Of a stretch of DNA of 64,000 bases, positions 29,969-40,043 are shown piece after piece (the stretch's first letter is position 1; every line of letters begins with the position of its first letter). The notes beneath the pieces were generated by a model. That model worked only from the letters and a program-made list of their open reading frames with translations, made no database searches and was not told the origin of the DNA. This stretch comes from an uncultured delta proteobacterium (GTDB taxonomy: Bacteria > Desulfobacterota > Syntrophia > Syntrophales > Smithellaceae). The position numbers and the translations under genes were made by a program. The stretch covers positions 640,001 to 704,000 of the forward strand of contig CAVWEH010000005.1 in NCBI GenBank assembly GCA_963753975.1, written 5' to 3'.

Positions 29969-30412
29969 ATGATGAAGACACTCACTGCCTTAGTTATGAT
30001 ACTGGCTTTTGCGGTGCCGGCCTTGGGAGGAACGTTGGAAGAGAAAAACAAGAAAATCGTCCGCGAATTTTATGAAATGGCCTTTAATCAGCACAAACCG
30101 ACGGAAGCTGCTAAAAAATACATCGGCAACAAGTATATTCAGCACAACCCCAATGTTCCCAATGGGGCGGCGGCATTTTACGGATATTTTGAAGGATTTT
30201 TCAAAGAGCATCCCCAATCCCGTGTGGAAATCAAAAGAATTATCGGCGAAGGAGATCTTGTAGTTCTGCACCTGAATTCCAAACTGGACGATAAAGATCG
30301 AGGCAGAGCCATCGTCGATATCTTCCGCATTGAAGATGGGAAAATTGTTGAGCATTGGGATGTGATTCAAGATGTTCCGGAAAAATCGGCCAACAACAAC
30401 ACCATGTTTTAG
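29969..30412 (+). CDS. exported SnoaL/NTF2-like protein
   Basis: Signal peptide; NKKIVREFY, YIQHNP, DIFRIEDGKIVEHWD. Confidence 0.85.
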   Translation: MMKTLTALVMILAFAVPALGGTLEEKNKKIVREFYEMAFNQHKPTEAAKKYIGNKYIQHNPNVPNGAAAFYGYFEGFFKEHPQSRVEIKRIIGEGDLVVLHLNSKLDDKDRGRAIVDIFRIEDGKIVEHWDVIQDVPEKSANNNTMF

Positions 30413-30535
30413 AAATACATAAAAGAATTTTTCCAAGGAAGCGTTGGCTGGAGCTCCTTTATTTTCATGGTTTGCATTAAAACCAAACGCGGGAGCATGA
30501 TCGCGATTGCGTGCCTGCTCTTATCAGAGAGATCA

Positions 30536-31138
30536 TCATTTGCGATATTTCTCGATTATCTCTCTTCTCCTGAAACAATCAAGAGCGTGGTCGTTTACTA
30601 AGCCGGTAGCCTGCATGTGCGCATAGCAAATGGTTGAACCCAAAAATTTAAAACCTCTCTTCTTCAAATCTTTGCTTAACGCATCGGACTCATAGCTCGT
30701 CGCGGGATAATCCGATAATTTACGCATCTTATTTACTTTTGGTTTTCCGCCGACAAAACTCCATATATACTTGGAAAACTTTCCAAACTCTTTCTGAACT
30801 TCGAGAAATTTATGCGCATTATTTACTGTAGATTCAATTTTCAATCTATTTCTGATGATGCCGGGATTTTGCAGCAGCTCTTCAATCTTTGCCCGATTAA
30901 ATCCGACAATCTTTTCCGGTTCAAAATTTTTAAACGCAATGCGGTAATTTTCTCTTTTTTTTAGAACTATGTACCAGCTCAAACCTGCTTGAAAAGCTTC
31001 CAAAGACAGAAATTCGAATATCAACCTATCGTCATAAACCGGAACACCCCATTCTTTATCGTGGTATTCAACATAATCGACTTTACTTAAATCAACCCAG
31101 GGACAACGGCACATATCTTCTTTACTCTTTGTTTTCAT
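30536..31138 (-). CDS. tag: DNA-3-methyladenine glycosylase I
   Basis: RCPW...YHDKEWG, LEAFQAGLSW, IIRNRLKI, GLVNDH...C. Confidence 0.93.
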   Translation of the reverse strand: MKTKSKEDMCRCPWVDLSKVDYVEYHDKEWGVPVYDDRLIFEFLSLEAFQAGLSWYIVLKKRENYRIAFKNFEPEKIVGFNRAKIEELLQNPGIIRNRLKIESTVNNAHKFLEVQKEFGKFSKYIWSFVGGKPKVNKMRKLSDYPATSYESDALSKDLKKRGFKFLGSTICYAHMQATGLVNDHALDCFRRREIIEKYRK

Positions 31139-31329
31139 TTGCCACCAAACTCGCATCAAGGATTTATATAATAATTTCTTTTTTTCGCTAATTTGAACAT
31201 CCTAGTAGCGGGTATCCTTTTTTTCAAGAGGAAATCGTTACATAATGAATTGAATATCTGCGTACTTCATTTGATGTTGCAGTAATAAAGACTAAGAAGG
31301 TTCGACAATTTGCGTATTGATATAGTGCG

Positions 31330-31370
31330 GGCATCAGCGAATCGTCTTTGCTGATGATTCGCTGATGCCG
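31330..31370. other. long intergenic hairpin (terminator or REP-like)
   Basis: GGCATCAGCGAATCGTC-TTTGCT-GATGATTCGCTGATGCC. Confidence 0.55.
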
Positions 31371-31443
31371 TGGTTAAGATGTTTCAATGCTGTGTCCGGA
31401 AATGATTCATAATCGGGGTAGAACCACGAATCGCAGTCTTCAG

Positions 31444-32118
31444 TTACTTCACGGTATATCCCCGGGCATCGAGACAGGCACCCATCGCACGATCATATTC
31501 TGCGCGCTTCTGGTTCGGATGAGCTTCGGGCGCACTGCCGGGCGGCTGGGTCGGGTCATAATGTGTCTGATCTACAGCCCAGCGGTGACACTCATAACGA
31601 TCATTTGATTGTTGCTTTTCGCTCTGGCCTTTGCGGGGATAGATGAACAACCGTTCTTCCGTTGCCGGGGCCTCAACAACTTCACCCTTCGGCGGCTCAA
31701 CAACCTGATAGCCGCCCGTGGTTTGAGTATAATATACTTCATTGGCATAGTAGTAAGGTAAACCACCTACCCAAAGCGTCGTGTAGTACAGTGGTAAAAA
31801 GGGAACTACAAGACCGAAGGGCGGTGCAACGACAATGAAGCGTGGACCGTATGGGCGGTACCAGACACCTCCGTAGAAGAAATATCGTGAGCGGCCATAA
31901 GGCACCGCTCGGTAGCCGCTGGGCAGACTTCTAAAGTACTGACCGCGTGCCGGGTAGGCATGATTATGGTGATAACGTGAATCCATGAACTCATGACGGC
32001 CGGATCCGCGCCCTTCCGCATTTGCCGGTTGCGTAAACGCAAACAGTATAATCCCCGACAACACTACCAGCATAAGCCCGATCACAAGGTACCAACTTTT
32101 ATTGCGAGTATTTGACAT
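31444..32118 (-). CDS. exported Pro/Tyr-rich (DUF6515-like) protein with a C-terminal YPxxGQS...EC..WA...ACL domain
   Basis: Signal peptide; YFFYGGVWY, YYYANEVYY; C-terminal domain shared with the neighbouring gene. Confidence 0.7.
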   Translation of the reverse strand: MSNTRNKSWYLVIGLMLVVLSGIILFAFTQPANAEGRGSGRHEFMDSRYHHNHAYPARGQYFRSLPSGYRAVPYGRSRYFFYGGVWYRPYGPRFIVVAPPFGLVVPFLPLYYTTLWVGGLPYYYANEVYYTQTTGGYQVVEPPKGEVVEAPATEERLFIYPRKGQSEKQQSNDRYECHRWAVDQTHYDPTQPPGSAPEAHPNQKRAEYDRAMGACLDARGYTVK

Positions 32119-32162
32119 AGTGTTATTACCTCCGTTAAATCAAATATAGATATTAGTCTCTC

Positions 32163-32771
32163 TTACTTCACAGTATAGCCGCGGCCTTCGAGGCAAGCGG
32201 ACATCGCCCGACGGAATTCGCCTGCCTTCCCCTCGTAGCGGGCGTCCAGCGCCTGATCGCGATTGACATAAGCTTCTTCCATTTGCTGGGCATACTGCTG
32301 CCTGGATATATCTGATGCAGCACCAGCAACAGCCCCGCTTCCTGCACCAATCAATGCGCCAGCCCCGGCGTGCCTCGGTCCGGCTATTAACGCACCCAGT
32401 ACCGCACCGGCGATTGCCAGAACGGCGGTATCATGACCGGGTGGAGGCATCGGGACCACTTTGACGCGACGCTCAGGCGGAATCGATGACTGACTCGGAT
32501 CGAAACCGGTCTGTTGTACTGCCCAGTTGTAACATTCATAGTGGTCTCGTGACTGCTGTTCGGTCGTCTGTCCCTCTTTCGGGTAAAAATAGACCTGCGT
32601 AAGCGGGGGCTTGGGGGCTGGACTTGCGATTGGAACCTCGCGATAAGTAGCAGGATAACACGCAGTAAGCGTTAGGATTAATAAGAAAAGCAAAAGCCGA
32701 AAGCCAGCTCTTGATAACCACCGTTTCGGTGTATGTTTTCCTGGTGTCATCTTCCAGATTGACATCATCAT
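32163..32771 (-). CDS. glycine-zipper lipoprotein
   Basis: Lipobox LTAC; AGAVLGALIAG...GALIGAGSGAVAG. Confidence 0.75.
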   Translation of the reverse strand: MMMSIWKMTPGKHTPKRWLSRAGFRLLLFLLILTLTACYPATYREVPIASPAPKPPLTQVYFYPKEGQTTEQQSRDHYECYNWAVQQTGFDPSQSSIPPERRVKVVPMPPPGHDTAVLAIAGAVLGALIAGPRHAGAGALIGAGSGAVAGAASDISRQQYAQQMEEAYVNRDQALDARYEGKAGEFRRAMSACLEGRGYTVK

Positions 32772-32896
32772 TTATGTCCTCCTTGCGTAGCTAAAAACCA
32801 GAGAAATGATCGTCACAAAAGGATGCCTTTTTCCCGTTGTGGATTATTATTTCTCTTTTTTTATAAGTTTTAGATATATTTTGGGTAATAATTAAA

Positions 32897-32912
32897 AGCA
32901 ATGGCTGTGCCA
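32897..32912 (-). promoter_or_regulatory. sigma54 (-24/-12) promoter
   Basis: Minus strand reads TGGCAC-AGCCA-TTGCT, a consensus match about 125 bp upstream of 32771. Confidence 0.8.
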
Positions 32913-33089
32913 GTCTTATTATTTTAAAGTGCAGCATATTGAATTATTATTGATATTATAGCTTTATAAAGATTAGTGAACTTCCCTTGAAGATATAAAT
33001 ATGGATAATAAGTATCCGATTTCAGTATCCACTTGTAGACAAAATACCCACCCACCAGTGGAAAGTCAATGGTCTTAAATTTGAATTCT

Positions 33090-33170
33090 GCTACGAAACG
33101 AAAGACTTAATCGACAGCGCTCATTACATCGAAAGCTTTTATAACCGCATATGCTGCCCTACTGGATTTC
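33090..33170 (+). pseudogene. possible IS3-family transposase C-terminal remnant
   Basis: Translates to YIESFYNR at 33125-33148, resembling the IS3 YIExFYN motif; no intact ORF. Confidence 0.35.
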
Positions 33171-33379
33171 AAATTGAGCTTTGTTACGGATTCTTTGGGT
33201 ACAAGAAGAAAAATTCGTTTACCTCATCCACTATGATCGGAGATTGATGCAAGTATAAGACAAAATGAGGCCGGGACTTTTCCCGCTGAAGGGCCGTCAT
33301 GAAGATTGAGGTACTTCCTCTCCATTTCTGCTGAGTTTAAATACCGGCGTGGTTGAAACACATGGTTTGGCGACCTGTT

Positions 33380-33947
33380 TCAGCCGTAGAGCTTCTTCAG
33401 TATCCAGGCGATCTTTTGCCCCAGAGTTCGCGCACTCTGGACGCCTTCCTCATCTTTTTCCACCTCTCCCTTGTCTCTGGCAACACTCAATGCCCGGCCG
33501 GCGATGATCAGCTCGTTGCCGAAGAAGAAATGGTTCATGGTTTCGATGGTATGCATTCCTCCAGTGCGACGAAAACAGGACGAGGGATGCCCCGACTTTG
33601 TTCTTGTACATCTTCCCATTGGCCAATCCGACGAATCCCGCCCGGTCGATCAAAGCCTTCATCTCCGCCGTTACATCCTGAAAATAGGAAGGAGATCCCA
33701 AAACGATACCCTGAGCCGTTGTCATCTTTTCGATATATTCGTTCGCCGCATCGTTCTTAACGGCGCACCGCTGGTCCTGATTCTCGAAACACTTGTAGCA
33801 GGCAATACACCCGTGAATCGCCTTTGCCGAGAGCTGAACGAGTTCCGTTTCAATGCCTTCTTTCTCGATCTCCCGGAAGAGATAGCCCATCAACGTCGTG
33901 GTGTTGCCGTCTTTCCTTGGACTGCCGTTGAAGCCGATAACCTTCAT
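33380..33947 (-). CDS. flavodoxin / NADPH-dependent FMN reductase (iron-sulfur flavoprotein) family, one +1 frameshift near 33578
   Basis: GSPRKDGNT, CIACYKC...C, LGSPSYF...MKALIDR, then CFRRTGG...DEEGVQSARTLG in the next frame. Confidence 0.85.
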
Positions 33948-34172
33948 ATCCGTCCTCCTTTCCGTTAAGAGGTATTGTCAAAACTTCCTCAAGAAGAGCG
34001 TGATCTGCTACTGAGACTTGTATCACACGTTAAGTTAGAGTTCAGCCGTTTTTTATTTCTCGAGTCAGGTCACAAACGGTCCCAAGTGGGAATTGCACAA
34101 AAAAATAATTTGCTGCCTTTATTTGATTGACATAAAAGGCTGTTTTGCTTATACTTCTGCCCATCAGATGAT

Positions 34173-34823
34173 ATGAGAAAAATATTAAACAATCAGGAAC
34201 GAAGCCGGTTGGATAAGCGCATAGCGGAAGCGGAAAGGCGTACAGGCGCTCAGATTGTAGTTGCTGTTGTCCACCGCAGCGACTCTTACTCTGAGTTGCC
34301 TTGGAAAGCCTTCGCGTTGGGAGTGTCCGTTGCCGGCCTTTTGGTTTCTATTTTTAATCTGCTTTCACCTGGATGGGATGCGCAAACCGCTGTGCTGATC
34401 TCTGCCGCGGCTATACTGATGATCGGCATCATAAGTGCTCTTTTATCCCTTTACATACCTAAGTTCGCGCGGCTTTTTCTTGCCCCTCACCGTGCCGAAG
34501 CGGAAGTGCGGCAATACGCCGAATCCCTTTTTCTTTCACACGAATTGTTCGCCACCAAGCGCAGGACCGGCATTTTGCTGCTGGTAAGCCTGTTCGAAAG
34601 GCAGGTTATCTTACTTCCCGATAAAGGATTCAGCAAACCGTTGAAACAAAAGGCCATGCAAAAAATTATTGAGCAGATGACACCGTCTCTTGCTTTGGGG
34701 CAGGTGACCCGCGCCCTGGAAAATGGGCTGATAAAACTTACGGAAATTCTGGCCGTTAAGAAGCGCGGAAAATCCCGCAGAAATGAACTTCGCAACGAAG
34801 TTCTCGAGGAGAAGGGTGTATGA
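34173..34823 (+). CDS. TPM domain membrane protein
   Basis: IAEAERRTGAQIV, TGILLLVSLFER...DKG, NEL. Confidence 0.85.
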   Translation: MRKILNNQERSRLDKRIAEAERRTGAQIVVAVVHRSDSYSELPWKAFALGVSVAGLLVSIFNLLSPGWDAQTAVLISAAAILMIGIISALLSLYIPKFARLFLAPHRAEAEVRQYAESLFLSHELFATKRRTGILLLVSLFERQVILLPDKGFSKPLKQKAMQKIIEQMTPSLALGQVTRALENGLIKLTEILAVKKRGKSRRNELRNEVLEEKGV

Positions 34824-35776
34824 AAATAGTGCTGCGTCTTGCAGTTATCACAGCTATGCTCTCGGCGGCGGCAATCGCCGCCGGAACGGATATACCGTAT
34901 CTCACCGGCCGCGTAACCGATAACGCTCAAATCCTGCGAGCTGATACGATCCGAACACTTACCGAAACTATGAAGGCGCATGAGGAAAGAACCGGCAATC
35001 AGATTGCAGTTCTCACCGCCCCCACCCTTGAAGGCGAGAGCATCGAGGACTACGCCGTTGCGGTTTTCAAAGAATGGAAACTCGGCCAGAAGGGGAAGGA
35101 TAACGGAATTTTGGTCGTCGTCGCGCCAAAGGACCGGCGTATGCGCATCGAAGTTGGCTACGGGCTGGAAGGGACTCTCCCCGATGGTTTGGCCGGGAGC
35201 ATCATCCGCAATGTAATGACACCCCCGTTTAAGAACGGGGACTATAACCGCGGCATAAGTGACGGTGTAAAAGCTATCATCGATGTTCTGGAGGGGGGCA
35301 AACTACCCGATACGGAGAGCAACGCAAACAGCAAGTCACAGGTCTCATCCGGTTTGAATATCAGCGCGCCGGATATGCCGATTATCGAGAGGATTCTCAT
35401 CGGCGCTTTTATTTTCGGCATTATCGGGCTTTTCACTGTGTTCGGCATTCTAACACCCGGAGTCGGATGGTTTCTCTATTTCTTTCTCATTCCTTTCTGG
35501 GCCATGTTCCCTACTATAATTGTCGGCACCACAGGCGCTCTCTACTGTCTTGTAACCTACCTGATAGTTTTTCCGATTGCCAAGCTGTTTATCAAAAATA
35601 CCGATTGGTACGTTAAGGCAAGAAAGGATCTCCAAACGAAGGGTCGTGCCTCTATCGGCGGATTCATGATTTCCGGTGGTTCCGGGAGATCCTGGAGCTC
35701 GGGCAGTTCCGGTGGCTCGAGTTTTTCCGGAGGCGGCGGATCATCCGGTGGCGGCGGCGCTTCCGGGAGCTGGTAA
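34820..35776 (+). CDS. TPM domain protein (YgcG-like)
   Basis: GRVTDNA, WKLGQKGKDNG, RIEVGYGLEG, Gly/Ser tail GGGGASGSW. Confidence 0.92.
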   Translation: MKIVLRLAVITAMLSAAAIAAGTDIPYLTGRVTDNAQILRADTIRTLTETMKAHEERTGNQIAVLTAPTLEGESIEDYAVAVFKEWKLGQKGKDNGILVVVAPKDRRMRIEVGYGLEGTLPDGLAGSIIRNVMTPPFKNGDYNRGISDGVKAIIDVLEGGKLPDTESNANSKSQVSSGLNISAPDMPIIERILIGAFIFGIIGLFTVFGILTPGVGWFLYFFLIPFWAMFPTIIVGTTGALYCLVTYLIVFPIAKLFIKNTDWYVKARKDLQTKGRASIGGFMISGGSGRSWSSGSSGGSSFSGGGGSSGGGGASGSW

Positions 35777-35801
35777 GGGAAATTGCTGTATCCGCGGATC
35801 A

Positions 35802-37016
35802 TTAATCTTTGGCAAGGAGAATTACGCCTTTTTCGCTCAGAGCCTTGATCTCCTTTTGTTTGTACCCGATTTCTTTCATAATGGCTGCCGTATCTTTTCC
35901 CAGAACGGGGGCAGGCCAGGAAGGCTCAGCGGGTGTCTCAGAAAATTTTAAGGGAACGCCGATGCCTTGAATTTTCCCGCATACAGGATGGGTTTGCTCG
36001 ATAATCATGTTGCGCGCCTGCACGTGAGCGTCTTTTTCGACCTCGCCGATCTCCAGAACCGGCGTGAGGCAGGTATCGCAGTTGTTTGCGGCGGAAATCC
36101 ATTCGTCTCTTGACCTTGTTTGGAAAAGGGCGGCAATTTCGGCTTGCAGTTTTTCCGCTTCTTCACCAATAACGAATTGCAATCCTGACCATTCGGGGCG
36201 CCCCATCAATTCGCAAAAAGATTTCCAAAACTTCTCCTCCAGTATGCCCAGTGCGATATATTTTCCATCGGCACACTTATAAACCCCATAGCAGGCCAGG
36301 CCGCCAGTAAGCACTGCTTCTCCCGGAGCAGGCGCCAGCCCGGCAGCATGGTAATGAGCCATCTGCAAAGTCATCAAGGGAAGTATGGCATCGAGCATGG
36401 AAACGTCAACTTTTTGTCCCTTGCCGGTCTTTTCTCTCGCCCAGAGTGCGGAGAGGCAGGCGATTATTGTCATGTACGCGCCTCCGGCCACATCCGCGAT
36501 TTGCGGTCCGGGAATTGCGGGACCAGTCTTTTTTGAACCTGTCGTCGCCAGAATTCCGGAGTAGCCGATATAGTTGATATCGTGCCCCGCATCCGCGGTG
36601 TAAGGTCCATTCTGACCATACCCGGTGAGGGAAACATAAATAATATTTTTCTTCACGCGCCGGGCAGTTTCATAACCCAGGCCGATCTCGTCCATAACTC
36701 CCGGCCGGAATTGTTCGACAACGATGTCCGCTGTCGGGAGAAGCGAGAGAAATATATCCACACCTTTTTTATGCTTAAGATTCAGGGCGATGCTTCTTTT
36801 GGAGCGGTTTACGGCCAAAAAACCCGCTGATTCCGAGGCAATGTAAGGCGGATAAAAACGCATATAATCCGGAGCATTCATATCCTCAATTTTAATTACT
36901 TCGGCGCCCATGTCGGCAAGCATCATCGTGCCCAGCGGACCGGGATAAAGTCTCGTAAGATCCAGCAGGCGAATGCCTTTCAGGGGACCTGCTGCTTGTT
37001 TCCTTTGCTTTTTCAC
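35802..37016 (-). CDS. CaiB/BaiF family III CoA-transferase / acyl-CoA racemase
   Basis: PLKGIRLLDLTRLYPGP, NRSKRSI, GHDINY, DVAGG, APVLG. Confidence 0.92.
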   Translation of the reverse strand: MKKQRKQAAGPLKGIRLLDLTRLYPGPLGTMMLADMGAEVIKIEDMNAPDYMRFYPPYIASESAGFLAVNRSKRSIALNLKHKKGVDIFLSLLPTADIVVEQFRPGVMDEIGLGYETARRVKKNIIYVSLTGYGQNGPYTADAGHDINYIGYSGILATTGSKKTGPAIPGPQIADVAGGAYMTIIACLSALWAREKTGKGQKVDVSMLDAILPLMTLQMAHYHAAGLAPAPGEAVLTGGLACYGVYKCADGKYIALGILEEKFWKSFCELMGRPEWSGLQFVIGEEAEKLQAEIAALFQTRSRDEWISAANNCDTCLTPVLEIGEVEKDAHVQARNMIIEQTHPVCGKIQGIGVPLKFSETPAEPSWPAPVLGKDTAAIMKEIGYKQKEIKALSEKGVILLAKD

Positions 37017-37431
37017 GATTCAGACCTTCCGAGGTTATTTTCACACTATTATTACCGGCGGTAATATGCCCAAATATTGGGCAATTTGCTATATTTCTTT
37101 TTAGGACAAAGTATTAGATAAATCAAGAATATCAGAAAAGGCTAGTTATTAACAAAAACTGTTGATAAATAATAATAAGAAGGATGGAAGCTGGGAAACC
37201 TACGGTATTGACGAAACCGATAGCGCCACGGATAAATATTACGATATATTTCACGCCACATGGGTTGCCTCCGGTATGATAGTCGAACCGTTGAGCCTGG
37301 GCTGCGCCTTTTTATAAACCCTTAATTAAATCATTGGAAAATTATGCAAACGCGTATAAAGTCAAACAGGGTGTAGAAGAAAGAGACAAAGTTGGAAACT
37401 GCCCACAACAAGAGAAAGGGAATAAGAAAGC

Positions 37432-38034
37432 ATGATCAACCTTAAAATATTTTCCGATTATATCTGACCGTTCTGCTATATCGGCAAAGGAATTGTCGAC
37501 AGGTTAAAGAAAGAATACAGCATCGAAGATGAATGGGTGAGCTATGAGCTCCATCCGGAAACGCCGGCCCACGGCATACTGCTATCCGAAAGATTTAAAG
37601 GCCGGGATATGTCCGGGTTTTACGACCAACTGCGCCGGCGTGGCAAAAAAGCCGGCATCGTCTTCGGCAATCGCGCTATCCTTTCTAATTCCAGATTGGC
37701 CTTAGAAGCCAGTGAATATGCGCGTGATATGGGCAAGTATGATGCTTTTCACGAAAACATATTCCACGCATATTTTACTGAAGCTTTGGATATCGGCATC
37801 CTTGATGTCCTGGCCGCTCTCGCCAAAAAAAGCGGTCTTGATGATACTGATATGCGCAAATCCCTGCAAGATGGCCGCTATAGAAAGAGATTAGAGCAAG
37901 CCCGAAAAGAAGCGCAGGCAATCAATCTGACCGGCGTGCCGACTTTCATCATCAATGCCAAACAAAAAATCGTGGGTGCCCAACCGATCGATGTTTTCCG
38001 TGATCTTTTCCAGGAGATCGGCGAAGGCAAATAG
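37432..38034 (+). CDS. DsbA/FrnE-like selenoprotein, 200 aa, UxxC with Sec12
   Basis: MINLKIFSDYI-U-PFCYIG (TGA 37465-37467) in frame with ORF 37537; ELHPE, GVPTFII, GAQP. Confidence 0.9.
37481..37499 (+). other. SECIS-like hairpin (DsbA-like gene)
   Basis: UCGGCAA-AGGAA-UUGUCGA, 13 nt after UGA. Confidence 0.7.
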
Positions 38035-38099
38035 TATAAATACTCATTCAGCAGTAAGATATTATTAACACAAAACTACTCAAGGAGGATAGGAATCGA

Positions 38100-38262
38100 A
38101 TGATGGTAATGAATATTGGCCGGTTGGCGAGCGGCAAGCCAAGATGACCTTATAAATTTTTGTAAAGAGAATTTACCCGCCTATAAAAGACCTAAATCAG
38201 ATTCATTGCCCAAGAGCACACTCGGCAAAATTTCCAGGAGAGAACTGAGAAATATCGGCTAA
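38100..38262 (+). pseudogene. remnant of an acyl-CoA synthetase (AMP-binding) gene
   Basis: 38143-38262 translates DDLINFCKENLPAYKRPKSDSLPKSTLGKISRRELRNIG*, the AMP-binding C-terminal motif; preceded by an RBS and MNIGRL. Confidence 0.65.
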
Positions 38263-38576
38263 AACAGAAGAAAGGCAAGGACTCACACAAGATTAATCAT
38301 ATTGAATCTATAAAATGTCCATGATATCTTAACAGTACTTAAATCAAGTAAAGAGGTTAGTAATTACTTATGCGCAGCCGGTGCGGCAAAGAAGATAAGG
38401 TATCTAAAGGAAGAGCTTTGGACGAAAGGGCAGCTGCGGGCGCCTATGAAAAACTGGCTTTCGATTGCGATCATGATTCAATTTTAAGCTATCGTAAAGT
38501 TTTTATAAAGTTCAACGAGATTTTAGAAAAAGAATTATTCCTTTCAAGACAATAACGCCAGGTGAGGAATCTATTT

Positions 38577-39974
38577 ATGGAAAAAGGAAGCAAGAAAACA
38601 GTTTTAACTAAGACGGAGACGCTATTTACGAACGGTTTCAGGTTCAGCTTAACGAAAGCACAATCAATGTTCATGGAAACTTTCGGGTTAAGTCCAGCAG
38701 CAGCGCTGAGCGCGATCATTTTTGTCAGTATCGTGATTATCGTTGCCGGTTTCTGGTTCTTTCGTTCAGCACCGCCAGATACCATTATCATTACGACCGG
38801 TGACACAGACACTCGTTTCTACAGGAATGCCGGAAAATATGCGAAAATATTGGAGCGTAACGGGGTGAAACTGAAAATCCTTCCCTCCGCAGGCTCGCTG
38901 GAAAATCTGGAAAGGCTGGGAAATAGATCGTTCCCAGTTGATATAGGCTTCGTGCAAACCGGCGTAGCCAAGGGGCAAAATACCGATAAGCTGGTATCCC
39001 TGGGAAGTACTTCTTACGAACCGCTCTTTATTTTCTACCGGGGCAATAAACCCTTCAGCATTCTTTCCCAGTTCACCGGTAAAAGATTGGCTATCGGCGA
39101 AGACGGCACCGGAACACAGGTCTTGGCGCTGGAGCTTCTGGCGATTAACGGCATTAAGCCCGGTGGTTCTACCACGCTACTGGAGATGGATGACGAGGAT
39201 GCGGGAAAGGCGTTGCTCAAAGGGAAAATCGACGCCGCATTCATGATGGGCGATTCCGCGTCGTCCAAGACACTGCACAGTCTCATGCGGGAACCGGGTA
39301 TCAAGCTTTTCGATTTTGCCCAGGCTGATGCCTACACTCGACGCATCGCCTATTTAAGCAAGATTATCCTTCCCCAGGGATCTCTCGACTTTGGAAAGAA
39401 CATCCCCGATCATGATGTAAACCTGATCAGCCCCACTGTCGAACTAATTGCCCGGTCTGATTTGCATCCCGCACTTTCCGATCTTTTATTGGAGGCGGCG
39501 ACTGAAGTACATTCGCGGGCTTCGATATTTCAGCACCGGGGTGAATTCCCCATGCCGCTGGAGCATGAATACCGCATCAGCTCCGATGCCAGCCGTTACT
39601 ATAAATCGGGCAAGAGCTTCCTTTATCGTTATCTTCCCTTCTGGATGGCCAGTATGGTAAACCGTATTTTAGTGGTGTTTGTGCCGATGGTTTTAATCCT
39701 GATACCCGGACTAAAAAGCATCCCGGCTATTTTTCGATGGCGAATGAAGCTGCGCATCTATCGCTGGTATCGTTTATTGCTGGTAGTCGAACAAGATATG
39801 ATTGCGCACCTGACTCCTGAAAAGAGCGCAGAATTGTTAGGAAGGCTGGATCACATAGAGGAAGAGGTTAACAAAATGAAAGTGCCGGCATCCTTTGCCG
39901 ACCAATTCTATGTACTTCGCGGGCATATTAGTTTTGTTCGCGAAAGACTAACGAGCAGTATGCATTCTATCTGA
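38577..39974 (+). CDS. TAXI family TRAP solute-binding protein with membrane anchor and C-terminal TM
   Basis: SAGSLENL, DIGFVQTG, YEPLFIFYR, RLAIGEDGTGT, DLHPAL. Confidence 0.85.
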   Translation: MEKGSKKTVLTKTETLFTNGFRFSLTKAQSMFMETFGLSPAAALSAIIFVSIVIIVAGFWFFRSAPPDTIIITTGDTDTRFYRNAGKYAKILERNGVKLKILPSAGSLENLERLGNRSFPVDIGFVQTGVAKGQNTDKLVSLGSTSYEPLFIFYRGNKPFSILSQFTGKRLAIGEDGTGTQVLALELLAINGIKPGGSTTLLEMDDEDAGKALLKGKIDAAFMMGDSASSKTLHSLMREPGIKLFDFAQADAYTRRIAYLSKIILPQGSLDFGKNIPDHDVNLISPTVELIARSDLHPALSDLLLEAATEVHSRASIFQHRGEFPMPLEHEYRISSDASRYYKSGKSFLYRYLPFWMASMVNRILVVFVPMVLILIPGLKSIPAIFRWRMKLRIYRWYRLLLVVEQDMIAHLTPEKSAELLGRLDHIEEEVNKMKVPASFADQFYVLRGHISFVRERLTSSMHSI

Positions 39975-40043
39975 AATGAACGGAAAAGGTGCATTGCGAC
40001 AGATCATGAAATTATGTAAGTAGAGCGCATTTTTGCTGCTTAA

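Noticed and set aside
37180..37320. Short coding-looking stretch (DGSWETY...YYDIFHATW)
   Set aside because: Possibly a gene remnant, but too short to assign without a search.
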